Shown: positions 26,209 through 38,384 of the stretch, piece by piece
How positions within the stretch are numbered: position 1 is the stretch's first letter
How the letters are laid out: each line of letters begins with the position of its first letter
Assembly (NCBI GenBank): GCA_964658305.1
Contig: OZ210885.1
Span: 15,128,001-15,192,000 of the forward strand
Direction: 5' to 3'
DNA: 64,000 nt
Origin: Leptogorgia sarmentosa
Lineage: Eukaryota
Position numbers and translations under genes: made by a program
Notes under the pieces: model-generated
What the model saw: only the letters and a program-made list of their open reading frames with translations
Databases searched by the model: none
What the model was told of the DNA's origin: nothing

Positions 26209-29200
26209 CGACTCGATTGAAATGAGCGTGGTTTGAAATTTAACCCATATTCGACGCTTGAAGTGTAATACGATACTCGATAGACCACACATGATGGTTC
26301 GCTGCGTGTCTTTCTAAAACTTTTTGACTCCATATTTTTTACTAAAATTTACAATTATGATAAAAACAAAACAGAATATTTCTAAATTTTCAATGTGACA
26401 AACGCGCTCCTGTGCCACCCCTCCCAGGCTATATTTTGAATTTACCCTGCAAAATCTGCGGGACACGTGACCAGCCCCGACCAGGGTCTCTCCTCTGCGG
26501 CGAGCGAGGATCCAGACCCTGGGTACAAAGACCAATCGTGTGAATCGCAAATGTTGTAGATCTGAATCGAGTTTATTTGGTTCCTTAAGACACAGAAATC
26601 GTAACATATTCCGGTTGCCATCGTTGACTGCAACCATGAGGAAGGCCTTCTCGATGTCCGCTGTGAGGCCAATCTTGTACCATCGAAACTTTATGAGCAT
26701 ATCTAGCAATTGAGGCGTGAAATTAGGACCAGTTTCCAAACAGTCATTCAAAGAGTACTCGCGATCAGGTGTCTTTGCCGAGCCGTCGTACACAATACGA
26801 AGTTTTGTAGTTTTGCGATCTCTCCGAATCACGGCGTGATGAGGTAAATAGTGAACAGCGTCATCTTCTTCGTTGTTAATATCGTCGTCAGGAACAATCT
26901 CTACCATGCCATTCCTGATCTGTTCCTGAATAATTCGATCGTATTCCTTCATTAAGTCAGGTTGATGTAACATTCTTCGTTGTAGTGCTCTCAATCGATT
27001 TTCGCATAGTTTGTAATCATTTGGTATTGAGGGACGATCTTCTTTCCACGGTAATTCCACTTCATATCTTTCCCCATTAAAACAAACGCACACTCTCGTT
27101 AAATAATTCCGATGATTCATTATATCTCGAGTCGTCTTTGATGCCAATTGATTCAGTATTTCAGAACGTTTTCAAGGTTTCAATAAGCGGATCATGTGAT
27201 GTTTCAAATGGAACACATTCGTGGCCAGAGATGATTAGGTTGGTCACGCTTGTATCATCGGTCGAATTATCGTTTGTCGGTCCCGACAAGAGCCAGCCAA
27301 ATTTGCTTTCGATTGCTACTGGGCCAGTATCGCCTCGAACTGTATCACTTCCGACTATTTTCCAATAATGGTCGGATCCAACAAGAACATCCACCAAATC
27401 GTCGGTATCAAAGCTGTCCGCAAGTTGTAATCCTTGTAAATGAGGGTATTCGTCGACTTCAATCTTCGTGGCTAAAGATGAACATATCATAGGTAAATTC
27501 AGTGCAGAAATCTTTACTGTCGTTCCAGTTTTACCTTGTAACGATAAGGTCACGACATCGCACTTCTGTTTTCGATAGTTTCGTTCTCCAAATGTATTCA
27601 AATGAAGTGTTTCGGTCGTTTCAGGCTGAAGATTCAATCTTGATTTGAGTTTGTCGCTGATATAAGATCGTTGGCTCCCACTGTCGAATAATATTTTCAC
27701 CTTCGTGGATCTGGTAGCATCTTCGTTGGTGGCTGTGGCTGTCTGAAGCATTACCCCTCCTATTGTATTTGCTCTTCTGGGTTTTGATTCTTGTACATGA
27801 AAAGTGTGGGCATCGGGCGTATTAATCTTCTCAGTTAAAGCTTGTCCTTGATTAGTTGAATGTCCTTGTGTTGGTTGAAATTGTCGACTTGGAGTTACAG
27901 GTTCTTTAGGGGCATGGTGGTTACAGATTGACTGGTGATGCCTACCCTTGCACCGTCTACAAGATTTAGTCGAAGAACATTGGTTGCTGCGATGTCCTGA
28001 TTTAAGACAAACAAAACATCTTCCTTTCTTTCGCAGAATCTCCAAGCGATCAGATGGTTCTGTTACCTTGGTACATGATGCTGAATAATGGTTTTCTGAA
28101 CAATAAATACATTGAATCTGTATCTCGCCTTTTCGACTTCCACTAACCATAAATTGAGAAGCAGTTGGGAATTTCGGAGTTTGAATCTTGGGTTTTTGTT
28201 GAGTTAACTTAACACCTTCACTTATCTCCCTTGCCTCGACTTCTCTTCGAATGACTTCCAACAGGGGTGACATTTCCCACACCTCTTGGGTGGTTTTTCT
28301 AGCAATTTGTATTTGAACATCTTGTGGCAATTTTGACATCACCACTGGAATTAAGAGACTTCCGTATTGGCTTGAATTAACTCCCAGAGCTTCCAATCCT
28401 CGAACATTAATACTTATTTTGTCATACAGAAATCGTAGCTGGGAAGCCCTTTCACCTGAACAGGTTGGAAGTTTTAGTAATTCGTCCATATGTGTTGAGA
28501 TGATGTGTTGGGTGTTGCCAAATCGTTGATGTAAAATGTCAATCGCTGCTTGATAGTTATTTTCAGACAAGGCAAGCCCTTGTATGGCTCTGATAGCTTG
28601 CCCTTCTAACAGGGATTTTAAATGATTAAACTTATCTATTTTGGACAATTGAGCATTGGTATGTATTGCGCTATTGAAGCTGTCCCAAAAAGTTCTCCAT
28701 TGCGTGATTTCACCTCTAAACTTTGGTAATACGAGCTTAGGTAATTTAGATTGTGGTTGACCTGCAGTTGGCACTAGATTATCATCTTTTGAAATAACTG
28801 GTTGCTGAACAGTACCTGAGCAGTATTTTGACTAGCTTGACCTGTTGCAGGCGATTGCTCACTAATTTCAGTTGTCGTATGATTTACTTGCACAATTTGT
28901 GGTTGTTCTGTTGTAGATACATCGGTTGACAATTTTTCATTCATTGTTCTGGGGCTTTCATTGCTTAATTTCTCGTTTATGTCTCGTCGTATGTCCAAAA
29001 TCCTTGATTCAAACTCTTCGGCATCTTCGATATCGTTAGAAATGTCACTCACGTCGCAGATTTCGATTATCCTTTCGTCTAGTTCACTCACAAGCTTCGA
29101 TTTTTCTTCTAGCAACCTCAAAATAGTGTTAAGTCGTCCTCGATTCGGAATTTCTTCTTTCAAATGCCCTCCTGCTTCGTTGATTAACTTCGTAATGACT

Positions 29201-29276
29201 GCTCTATTTCCACCGCGAATCGCTCGTAATCGTGCTAGAGTTTCTGTGTTTTCGGCCATTTTTTCATCAGATTATT

Positions 29277-29294
29277 GCCCCACGTTGGGCGCCA
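29277..29294 (-). promoter_or_regulatory. Primer binding site, 18-nt complement of the tRNA-Lys(CUU) 3' end
   Basis: Minus strand TGGCGCCCAACGTGGGGC, 17 nt upstream of the gag ATG at 29259. Confidence 0.93.
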
Positions 29295-30383
29295 TTTAAT
29301 ATTTTATTGAATTTTCCAAGATACACAACAAATTAAATATGAACTTCCTACATTATCATTCTCGTTCTACCAAAACAAAATTACTACAAAGTGTTCCTAA
29401 CAGACTGCCGCGCAGTCCTAGATACACTTAAAGGTGGCTCTGCTAGCCTAACTAACATCAACATTAAAGTTTATTACACACTGCTCTGGTGATGTTTATA
29501 AATTGTTACATTTTGTCATGAACGAACTTGTAACAAATACATGATTAATGTAAACAAAAATTCCTTTCCAATTTTTTACAATGCCTTAAATTTCCTTGAT
29601 GTAATTTTCAAGAATTTATGTGCAGAAACCAGACATGATAATAACAGATGTCAAAATTAATGATATTCATTATCGTCATCTCGGTATTACATTATCGCAT
29701 GAATATATTTCGCTCTTTATTGCTGCTGAATGTCAATGAAGTCTGGCAATAACTGAAATATTTCATTGATTTAAAGGTATGTTGATTGGCTGGTGACAAC
29801 CTTCAATGAGGAGTTACCGGAGGAAAATTGGAGGTTACCAGAACCTCATCCATCGGCTGTCAGAGCTACAGTGATTGACAATCATGACAATGATTACCAC
29901 AGGTTAGTTAATACAGTAGAACGACACACTAGATGCAGTACTGCTTATTGTTTGAGACAGAAAAGAATGGACCTGTTGGCAGAGTGCAGATTTGGTTTTC
30001 CAAAACCAGTACAAAACAAGACAACACTGGAAAAAGGTGAGAAGCGAAAACATGTGGAATCTGAATTGGTTACAAGAAGAAATGATGAACGACTGAATTC
30101 ACATAATCGGGTGATGCTTGAAAACTGGCGGGCAAATGTGGATTTACAAGTTATTATAGACGAGAAGGCATGTGCAAGATACATGACCAAGTATGCTGCA
30201 AAAGGGGAACCCAGATCCAAATCAGCATCTGACATATTAAAGTTGACTGTTTCTTCATTACAGAGTAATGATCAAGTGTCTTCTGCTATCAGGAAAGTCA
30301 TGATTCAAGTCGCCGGAGACAGAGATATGGCAGCCCAAGAAACTGCCCATATGTTACTAAGTTTGCCTTTAATAGGATGTTCA
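29295..30383 (+). repeat. 1089-bp direct repeat, copy 2, at the 5'-LTR position of BEL #3; continues in frame into the rest of the Helitron ORF
   Basis: Abuts the PBS with no spacer; ORF 29793-30974 reads through the right boundary (IGCS|FSFV). Confidence 0.97.
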
Positions 30384-32540
30384 TTTAGTTTTGTTACTGT
30401 TTGTTTAGAGAACAGTCGAAAGGTTATTCTTGATCCTGAAAATGAAGCAGATGATGTACTCCAGAAAACAGTGCTTAAAGACTATGGAGAACGTACAGCT
30501 GTGAAGAGTAGGTATACAGGATTGTCCCAATTAAGTCTGATGCAGTATGTATCCCAGTATACTAAATTCAGAGGTGAGTTGACCAGACGGAAAAATCCAT
30601 ACATTGTGAGGACATTTCCAAAGGTTTCATCCAATCCTGGTGGTCCAGATTTTGGTAAATACTGTAAGTTTCAGCTAATAAAGTTCAAGCCATGGGAAGG
30701 GGAGCCTTCAAATGCTTGGAATAATGAGGAGGAAAGTAATGATATGTTTATCAGAATGTATATGTTTCTTCTATCTGATTCTGCAGAAGATTATGTGTTT
30801 AGATATTCAGAGGAAACAGATTTGGTTCATGCTGCACAAAATGGTCAAAGTGACGATGAGCAGAATGATGAGGAAAGCGATGATGAAAGTGATGCTGATG
30901 CTTTCAACGAGGAGGAAGGACGATTGGATGTTGTTATGCAGACTCAAGCAACAATTTCAAGAAGCAGGCAATGAGATGTCAGACAATGAGGCAGTAGATT
31001 GGTTTGAAGAGGTAAGAGCTGTACCTAGGGATTTGTTAAGAGAATCACCAGGATGGATTTATAGTAAAAGAAAAGAAGCTGAAGAACTTGGCCAACAGTA
31101 CCATGAAGATCATCTCTGTGCCACTGACCTAGAAACCTTGAATGAAAAACAACGACTAGCTTTTGACATAATCACCTCACACAATGGTGATAATGCAGAA
31201 CCTGTTCACATGATTGTGAGTGGAACAGCGGGGACAGGTAAGACATATCTGATAAGTGCAGTAAAGCAGGTATTAGGTGACCAGTGTATTGTTACAGCAA
31301 CAACTGGAATTGCAGCCTTTAGCATTAATGGTCAAACGTTGCATTCTGCTGCTCAACTTCCTATTCGTGAATATAAGGATTTGCAGGGCGACTCATTGCA
31401 GCGATTACAGTTGCGACTTGAAGGTAAGAGGTATCTGATTGTAGATGAAATGTCGATGATTGGACATGAAATGTTATCATCACTGGACAATTGATTACGT
31501 GCTGGCACTGGAAAGCAGGATATTCCATTTGGTGGTATGTCAGTAATTTTGATGGGTGACTTTGGTCAATTGCCACCTGTTGGTGACAAGCCAATGTATG
31601 TTACAGGTAGTGGGTCAGTAGTCAGTGACCATGGTCATAGTCTGTACCTGATGTTTGATTCCGTTATTATCTTACAGCAGGTTATGCGTCAGGCTGGTGA
31701 AGACCCTGAGGCAATTGAATTCAGAGGTTTATTGATGAGAATGAGGAATGGTGAAGTGAAGGAGGAGGACTGGAAACTGTTGTTACAGCATTCAACAACA
31801 AGAATACCAATGGATCAATTTACTGACGCCATTCGATTGTACTTTGACAAGAAAAGTGTGGCAGAGTACAATTATGAGAAGTTACTAGAGATTGGGCAGC
31901 CTGTAGCTAAAATTCAAGCAAAGCACTCTGGTCGTGGTGCAAGTGCAACAACATCAGATGATGCTGGTGGACTAGAATCTGTTTTGTTTTTATCTAGGAA
32001 GGCAGAAGTAATGCTGACATGTAACCTTTGGCCTGAAGTTGGTCTTTGTAATGGCTCTTTTGGAACTGTTGAGCAGTTCTGGTTTGCAGAAAACATGGGT
32101 CCACCAAACCTGCCAGTAGCGGTATTGGTACATTTCCATCGTTATTCTGGTCCTGCATTCCTAGATGCATGTCCAAAGTGTATTCCTGTGCCACCAAGAG
32201 TGTTTGAGTGGATAGCAAATGGAAAGCATTTATCTAGACAGCAAGTACCATTGAGGTTGAGATACGCCATGACCATCCACAAGTCACAGGGGCAGACATT
32301 AACAAAAGCTGTTGTCGATTTGGGCAAAGGCGAAAAAGTTGCAGGATGTACCTTCGTAGCTACGTCCCGGGTAAGATCGATTCATGATATTGTGTTTGAA
32401 CCAATGACTTTTGATCGTTTAAAGGCAATAGGCAAGAGCAAAGGTATGAAAGAAAGACTGGAAGCTGAAAAGCATCTGAAAGTGTTGGCTGAAAAAACTG
32501 TGGAGAGACTTAGTGAACGATGAGTGCATGATTATTATAT

Positions 32541-32657
32541 CAGCACAGCTATATTGTGCTTCTGAGGTGATTTAGAACACTCACTCAGCACAGATATTGT
32601 GCTTCTGAGGTGATTTAGAACGCTCACTCAGCACAGCTATTGTGCTTCTGAGGTGAT
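32541..32657. repeat. Short tandem repeat, ~43-45-bp unit x ~2.7, downstream of the helicase stop
   Basis: CAGCACAG..ATTGTGCTTCTGAGGTGATTT repeated three times. Confidence 0.85.
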
Positions 32658-33002
32658 TTTTTCTGCCTGTTACCTAGCACAATTTTGGAAGTTCTGCCTC
32701 CTTAATTGTGTTTTTGAGGAAGGCAAAGATATGTCAAAAGGTGCCTGACACCCCCGCATAACCTTTATTGTGTTTCGGGGAGGCTGTTGACATACAGGGA
32801 CCGCGGAGACGTTTTGTTCAGTTAATCCCAGTTTTCTATGTTCGGTTGATTTAAAGCAAGTATTATAATGGTTAAATATGCCCCGCCACAAGCTATTCGA
32901 CTAAAAGACCAAAAGCGTCATATCAAACCCTCCCGCTTTTGAGAACTAGCCTCCTCCGCAGGCATCTCTAGTGTTATTAAGAGTTTTAACATTCGGCTTG
33001 GG

Positions 33003-33893
33003 TTAGCTGTGTCGGGGAAGGCGAAAAAAAATCGGGAGAGATGCCTGCCATAAATCGAACAAAGTGGACGTCTGATGGCACCTCATTGGACGTCATACGG
33101 GAGCAGGGTCCCCTAAGTAGTTTTTTGCGTCCTAGCTAATTATAAATTCAGTTTGTCGGATTCGATCGAAGAGCGAAGGCAGTGTTTTCCTGATGGCTTC
33201 AAAGATTCCAATTTACAAGAAAAGTTCCTTGCCGATTGCTAGCAAAGATTACCGTAGCGTTGTACAGGATGTGAGAAAGAGACAATCGGCAATACAAGTG
33301 AAGCTAAGGGATACGCAAAATTTAAAAACACAGTTAGGCAAGCTTGCCGCAGATATTGAAGCGACCAAAGATCAAGATCGTTCTAAGACTTGAATTAATT
33401 CCACAAATACTTCCCCGTTGCTTATCTTAACGTCATACAACTCTTTAAGTTGCAATTTGGAGTCGATAACAACAACGTTTTTTGACTCTGACATATTCCG
33501 TAAAGCGCTCAACTCAACGAACAGTAATCCCATTTTAATTGCTGCCTCTCGTGAACAATTTGCTTGGACTGAGACATTTAGGCCTTCTTCTTCACAACTA
33601 GCGTGAAAACCGCGTGCATTTAATGGATCAAACGCGGGGAGATTCGATATTTTCTCAATTATATTTTTCTCTCTTTCAGCTTTCGCATTAGTATTTTGAT
33701 AACAAAATAGCCTCTCCCTACTCCCAAAGAAAAAGTATCAAATGACAAAGCCGACAAATTACTTCAATGTTGCCTTTATGTCCCCCCCACAGTAACGATT
33801 TGTATGCGCGAGCCGGTATGCGCAGTGCAAGTTATTGTGTCGATTTATGGCAGGCATCTCTCCGAATTTTTTCCCCGCCCCCACTACAGTTAG
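33003..33893. repeat. Imperfect inverted-repeat-bounded non-autonomous element
   Basis: GGAGAGATGCCTGCCATAAATCGA (~33035-33058) is inverted at ~33840-33863; no TSD identified. Confidence 0.55.
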
Positions 33894-34771
33894 TACATAG
33901 AGATCAGAGACAAGAAGAGATCAGAGACAAGAGATGGAGAACGCTCCCCAAACAAAATTCGCTCCGCAGTCTCTGACATATTTAGTGAGTAGTGTTGACA
34001 ATAGAGTATTTCAAAAACAGAAAAAAATAATATGTCTTATATTTGTTAAAGAATTAATAAAATTAAAATTATTAAATAGTATTTATCATTCCAATAGATG
34101 CAGTAAGTTACTGAAGGGTAAGTTGTTTTTTGTCAGGACCATTTTATTGTCGTCGCATTACTTGACCCAATGTGAGTAACATTGGGTCAAATAATGCGAC
34201 AATACGACTAACAGTATTGCAGTTTCTCACTTACAGAATGGTTCAATTCACGACGTGAAAGTGGCGTTTTAAAATGAAATTCAATATAGCTCAGTGGAAA
34301 TGTCCTGTTTGCTCCAACAACTACACGCGAGACCCCACGCAATATTAAAACATCCGAATGGCACAAAAAAAATTCTGAATTCAATTCAGACGGGCTGAAG
34401 AAGTAAGTTCAAGTATTTGTATCATTAAATTATGGTTATTTTTTAACTGATTTTTAAACTTAATCTTCCAAATTATTATTTCACTGTAAATTTGAAGCAA
34501 ATTGCCTAAACAAACTTTGAATTTTGGTTCAAATTTACTTTGTTTTACTCTGTTTTTTTAAAATTATTTAAGCTTTTAGTTTTGCATCCTTTGAGCTCGA
34601 AAACAATCTTTACAGCTAGCTTTTTCACATGGTCTATTAACAATTTGTTTAAAAGTTTGTTTTATGTATTTTTCGATATAGAAACATAGAAACGAATATT
34701 GAAACCTGCTTAAATTCGAGTACAACCCGTTTTGATAGTTTTATGTCTATTTTGTTTTATGTCCTATCTAG

Positions 34772-36903
34772 ACGACAAGACTCTTGGGGAAGAAAGTAAG
34801 TTGAGAATTAAAATACTACCGAAAGAATAAAACGTTGACGTTCTCCCGTTTTATCGTAAAACACTAATAGTAAAAAAACTAATACTATTTTGTTTTCGTT
34901 GTATATATAGTGGCAGATGTAAAGAATGATGATGTGTTGGGTATGTACAATCAACAAAACTGAGGCACTACCTAAATACTACATTAATACACAAATGCAC
35001 TTCGCAAACAAGCATTAAATTTAATGTTATAACTACAATGTCTACCAGGTACATTTTTATAAACATGCTGACATATAACTTTTTTATGTTCATGTAGATA
35101 TTCATGCACAGGGGGAAAATGGTATACATTCAATTTACTATAGTTAGCAATCGACAGCTAGATTATGTACTGGAAATGTAATATTTTAGTAGTCTGCAAA
35201 AAAGTTTTTAAAAAGAAACAGGGTTGATGATAATAATTTCTCTATTAGCCTTTGAATTCTATTTCAGGAGAGAATGTTGAGGAGAGAGCACCTCCAGTAC
35301 AAGGTATTGAAATTTATACCCATATTTACATAAATGTATGTCAAAAGTTCAAATACCCAGATTTTATAGCATTAAATGTACATATAATAGTGTTTGGTAG
35401 TCTCCATGGAAATTCTAGAAAAGATAAATGTTTTAAACAGTTTTTCATTATTGGCAGATAATAAAATGGATGAGGATGAAGATCCCCCACTGGGTAGGGT
35501 TTATAATAATATCTTGTATTTTAATGATAAACCCAATTTTTTACTCTCTTCATAACAACACTTACATTTTCTAGATGATGAATCTGAAAATAGTTTGGAT
35601 GGTATGTCTTTATGTGCACAAAAATCCGGAAATACATCTGCATAGTATCTCTACAGATATTAAGAAAAGTTTATTTTTACATGTTATAACTCAATCACCA
35701 TAACAAGATAATGCATCCTTTTAAAACAAACCATTAAATTCTACTTCGGGGAGAAATCGTAGAGGTCCAGAGAGAGGCGGAAGAGGTATCTATATATTAA
35801 AGCATAACTGTTATTAGAATTGCATTCATATGTATATTAATGTAGGCTAAAAGTTTATGTACCCAAATCTTATAGCATATCATAGTTTTGAAAGTCTTCA
35901 AGAATGTTGTAAAAAAGATCAATGTTAATAATTTTTCATTATTGCCAGATGAGGATTATGAGGATGAGAATGAACCAGTGAATAGTGAGTTTTAGAATGA
36001 ATTAATTTGTATATTTTTTACTGGATCCCTCCATATACATAGTATCACTACAATTATTAAAAAATAATATTTCACATAATGTAGCTTTCACATAATGTTG
36101 CTCAACTTAATGATAATTATCTCTATGGGGCCTTGAAAAATTAAAGCAACAAAGTTGTATTCTTTTAAACTAACCTTAAATTCTATTTCAGGAAGAAAGC
36201 AAGATTGGAGAGGCCCCCAGAGAGGCCGAGGTATTGTATCTTAATTGTTAAAAAGGACCTTCATTAGTTAATAGACCCATATATACATGTAGGTGTAGCC
36301 CATTAGGAGGGATTTTTGAATGCAATAATGTTACTTTTCCAATTGTAATTTTATACTTGTAAACATACAAGTAGTGCAAAAGTTGATGTGCCTAAATTTA
36401 GTCAGTTTGGCACATAGCTGTCTTGTAACTACAAAAATCTGCATTGTACCAGGTATTTACTTTACTGTTGAAAACATCATCCATTATTGTCTATTTTGGA
36501 TTCAGGACGATGTTACAAATGTGGCCTGCGTGGCCACTATGCAAGATCTTGTAGATCAAGTACGTACAATGCCATATTGATATCATAAGTTCAATGCTCC
36601 CTAAAATATAAATTTGAAAAGATGTTGCAATCTCTTTAGTTGTAAGGTATTGTTTTTGACATTTACGATTTTGCCCCTGCCCTCCCGAGCAGTCATGCAT
36701 AGGGTTTATTCCCTGCATGGTATATCACAGTATATAGAGTCTCGACTAATTGAATTTTCTTAAATGTGATTACAGATGTCATTTGTTGGATATGCCGCGA
36801 AAGGGGGCATACCATGATGAAATGCCCTCTTCGTGGGAAAGGTGGCAGCACCACCAAAATTCATAATTACAACAATTGCACATTTAGCAATGTTAGTCAA
36901 TAA
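34772..36903 (+). CDS. Micro-exon gene encoding an acidic/RG-rich low-complexity protein with two CCHC zinc knuckles
   Basis: Exons 34772-34795, 34911-34940, 35098-35121, 35268-35303, 35458-35493, 35575-35601, 35750-35785 (acceptor GG), 35949-35984, 36192-36230, 36506-36559, 36776-36903. All are phase 1 and open: ...CYKCGLRGHYARSC...CWICRERGHTMMKC...stop; AATAAA at ~36958. The 5' end is uncertain. Confidence 0.8.
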
Positions 36904-37333
36904 ATTGCTAAATGTGCAATTGTTGTCATTGACCAATTGTTATATAATTATGATTATAATAAACTTGTTAAAACATATCCACCTCTGACTATTGTAATCT
37001 TCCTGTGCATAAAGCCAACACATTTATTTAACCTAACCATAACAGTCCATGTATAAGCCCATTCAAGACCACAACATATATTCGTATTCTTTGAGGCTTA
37101 TTGTTGGGCCTATAACGATATAATCCCACCAAAATCTTGAATTTATCCTCTGTCCAATATCAAAGCCATATTTGTGGTTGGGCATGACAGGCAAGCAATA
37201 TCTTGAAACAATTAGTACATAATTTTCAATAAAGGAGAGCACAAACATACAGGTAACTCCTCATGTTTGGAGTTAATCCAAGAGGGCATTACTAATGGTA
37301 AATTTTAATAACTGAGATCAGATTTAGGACATA

Positions 37334-38382
37334 CAGGGGGTTGCCAAAAAAAAAGAGCCCCCTTGTCTCACACAGAAATAAACAAGGTTTATATAAGTCA
37401 TATTCCTTATGTCGTAAAAAAAGGATTGCACGACAAATGAGATGTAGAGAAATAGTCCTATTTCACTCTAAGAACACAACATTTGGTAAGCAATATGATA
37501 TCCGCAACCTTTGATGATCTGTAGAATGCACCCAAGGATGTTCTAGACAAGTTTATGAATGTATTCATGGTTGTTATTCTTCCAACCCTGACTCCTCAAA
37601 TAAATACTCCTCAATTCGAGATGAACATTTCATATCTAGTCTTCTCTCCTGGCTCCACAACAAATTCTCAATGGGATTGAGGTCTGGGCTTTGTGTTAGC
37701 AAAAGAACACTTCAATTTTCAATTAAAATTGATTCCTCAGATAATATTCCACAATACGAATCGTTCCTGGGAGTCCTTGTCATGCTGCCATATTAAGTTA
37801 TCTCCATGGTGTAATCGGACTGAAGATTGTTTGAATTAAATTTTTCGGTTTATTTTTGGCAGAGGCGGCGTTTTAGTCCATGGTGATATTTGGTTACATG
37901 TATGTGTGCTTTATTAGTGGCTGTGCGAGGTCAGCGATATTTGGGCAAACATTCGAGAGTTGATAGTCTCTTAACAGCCTCTCTCATCAAAAGCCTGTCT
38001 TCGTGAATCCTTGTCTTGTGCGGTGTTCAAGAACTTGGTATTCATCCAGCACTCTCACTTTCCTTCATACGACTTTTTTTGCCCAAGAATAGCTGAGTCT
38101 ATATTCGTTGCTACTTTCCAAGCACTCGCGTCTAGCATGGGGTGAGTCCAATATTGAAGGTTTCTACCTATCTTCTTTTTAGCCCTTTCTTCTCATTTGC
38201 TTCCTCGATGGCAACAGTTTCACACTGATTACAGTGAGATTGGCTAAAACCCATCACTTTTAGCACAAACTATTTGTTGAATGCTTGTGAGGCAATATAC
38301 TTTATCCATACCGCATGTGCGTCTACATTTACACAAAAAGCCCTTTTTAAATAGGGGGGCTCTTTTTTCTGGCAACCCTCTG
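37334..38382 (-). mobile_element. Degenerate Tc1/mariner element
   Basis: TA|CAGGGGGTTGCC...GGCAACCCTCTG|TA; remnant SPDLNPIEN motif on the minus strand at ~37664-37690. Confidence 0.88.
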
Positions 38383-38384
38383 TA

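Larger units (their letters stand above)
20260..26525. mobile_element. AcademH-type DNA transposon (RecQ-like helicase + transposase, convergent)
   Basis: ~65-bp TIRs (CAACCTCGTACCCAGGGTC...GGGGCTGGTCA); 9-bp TSD CAAAGACCA at 20251-20259 and 26526-26534, whose removal restores RT LVFGLR; the right TIR lacks its last 8 nt. Confidence 0.88.
17574..29294 (-). mobile_element. BEL/Pao retrotransposon #3 internal region (PBS-gag-pol), degenerate, interrupted by AcademH
   Basis: gag 29259-27161 (LPKLVLPKFRGE, CCHC knuckles, protease LFDSGSQ); RT YLPHHAV/RIVYDGS/YVDD; RNase H FSDASVKAYA; integrase DFAGPL, TDNAKTF. Confidence 0.95.
13634..32523 (+). mobile_element. Helitron/Helentron-type rolling-circle transposon Rep-helicase gene (DUF6570-like, HUH Rep, PIF1 helicase); frameshifted, one intron, split by a 12.8-kb nested insertion
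   Basis: LTQVEEMLISR...GYKGHV; Rep motifs FFTFSAAD, EYQARGSIHAH, YMTKYAAK; PIF1 motifs GTAGTGKT, IVDEMSMIG, GDFGQLPPV, YAMTIHKSQGQT. Intron donor GTAAG at ~16086, acceptor TTTAAAG at ~16967 (copy at ~29777). Confidence 0.92.

Noticed and set aside
29277..29294. tRNA-Lys gene
   Set aside because: Only the 18-nt 3' end including CCA matches; this is a PBS.
34358..34402. Candidate coding first exon of the micro-exon gene
   Set aside because: The ATG frame hits TGA after six codons and the phase-1 frame also has a stop; it may be a non-coding exon.
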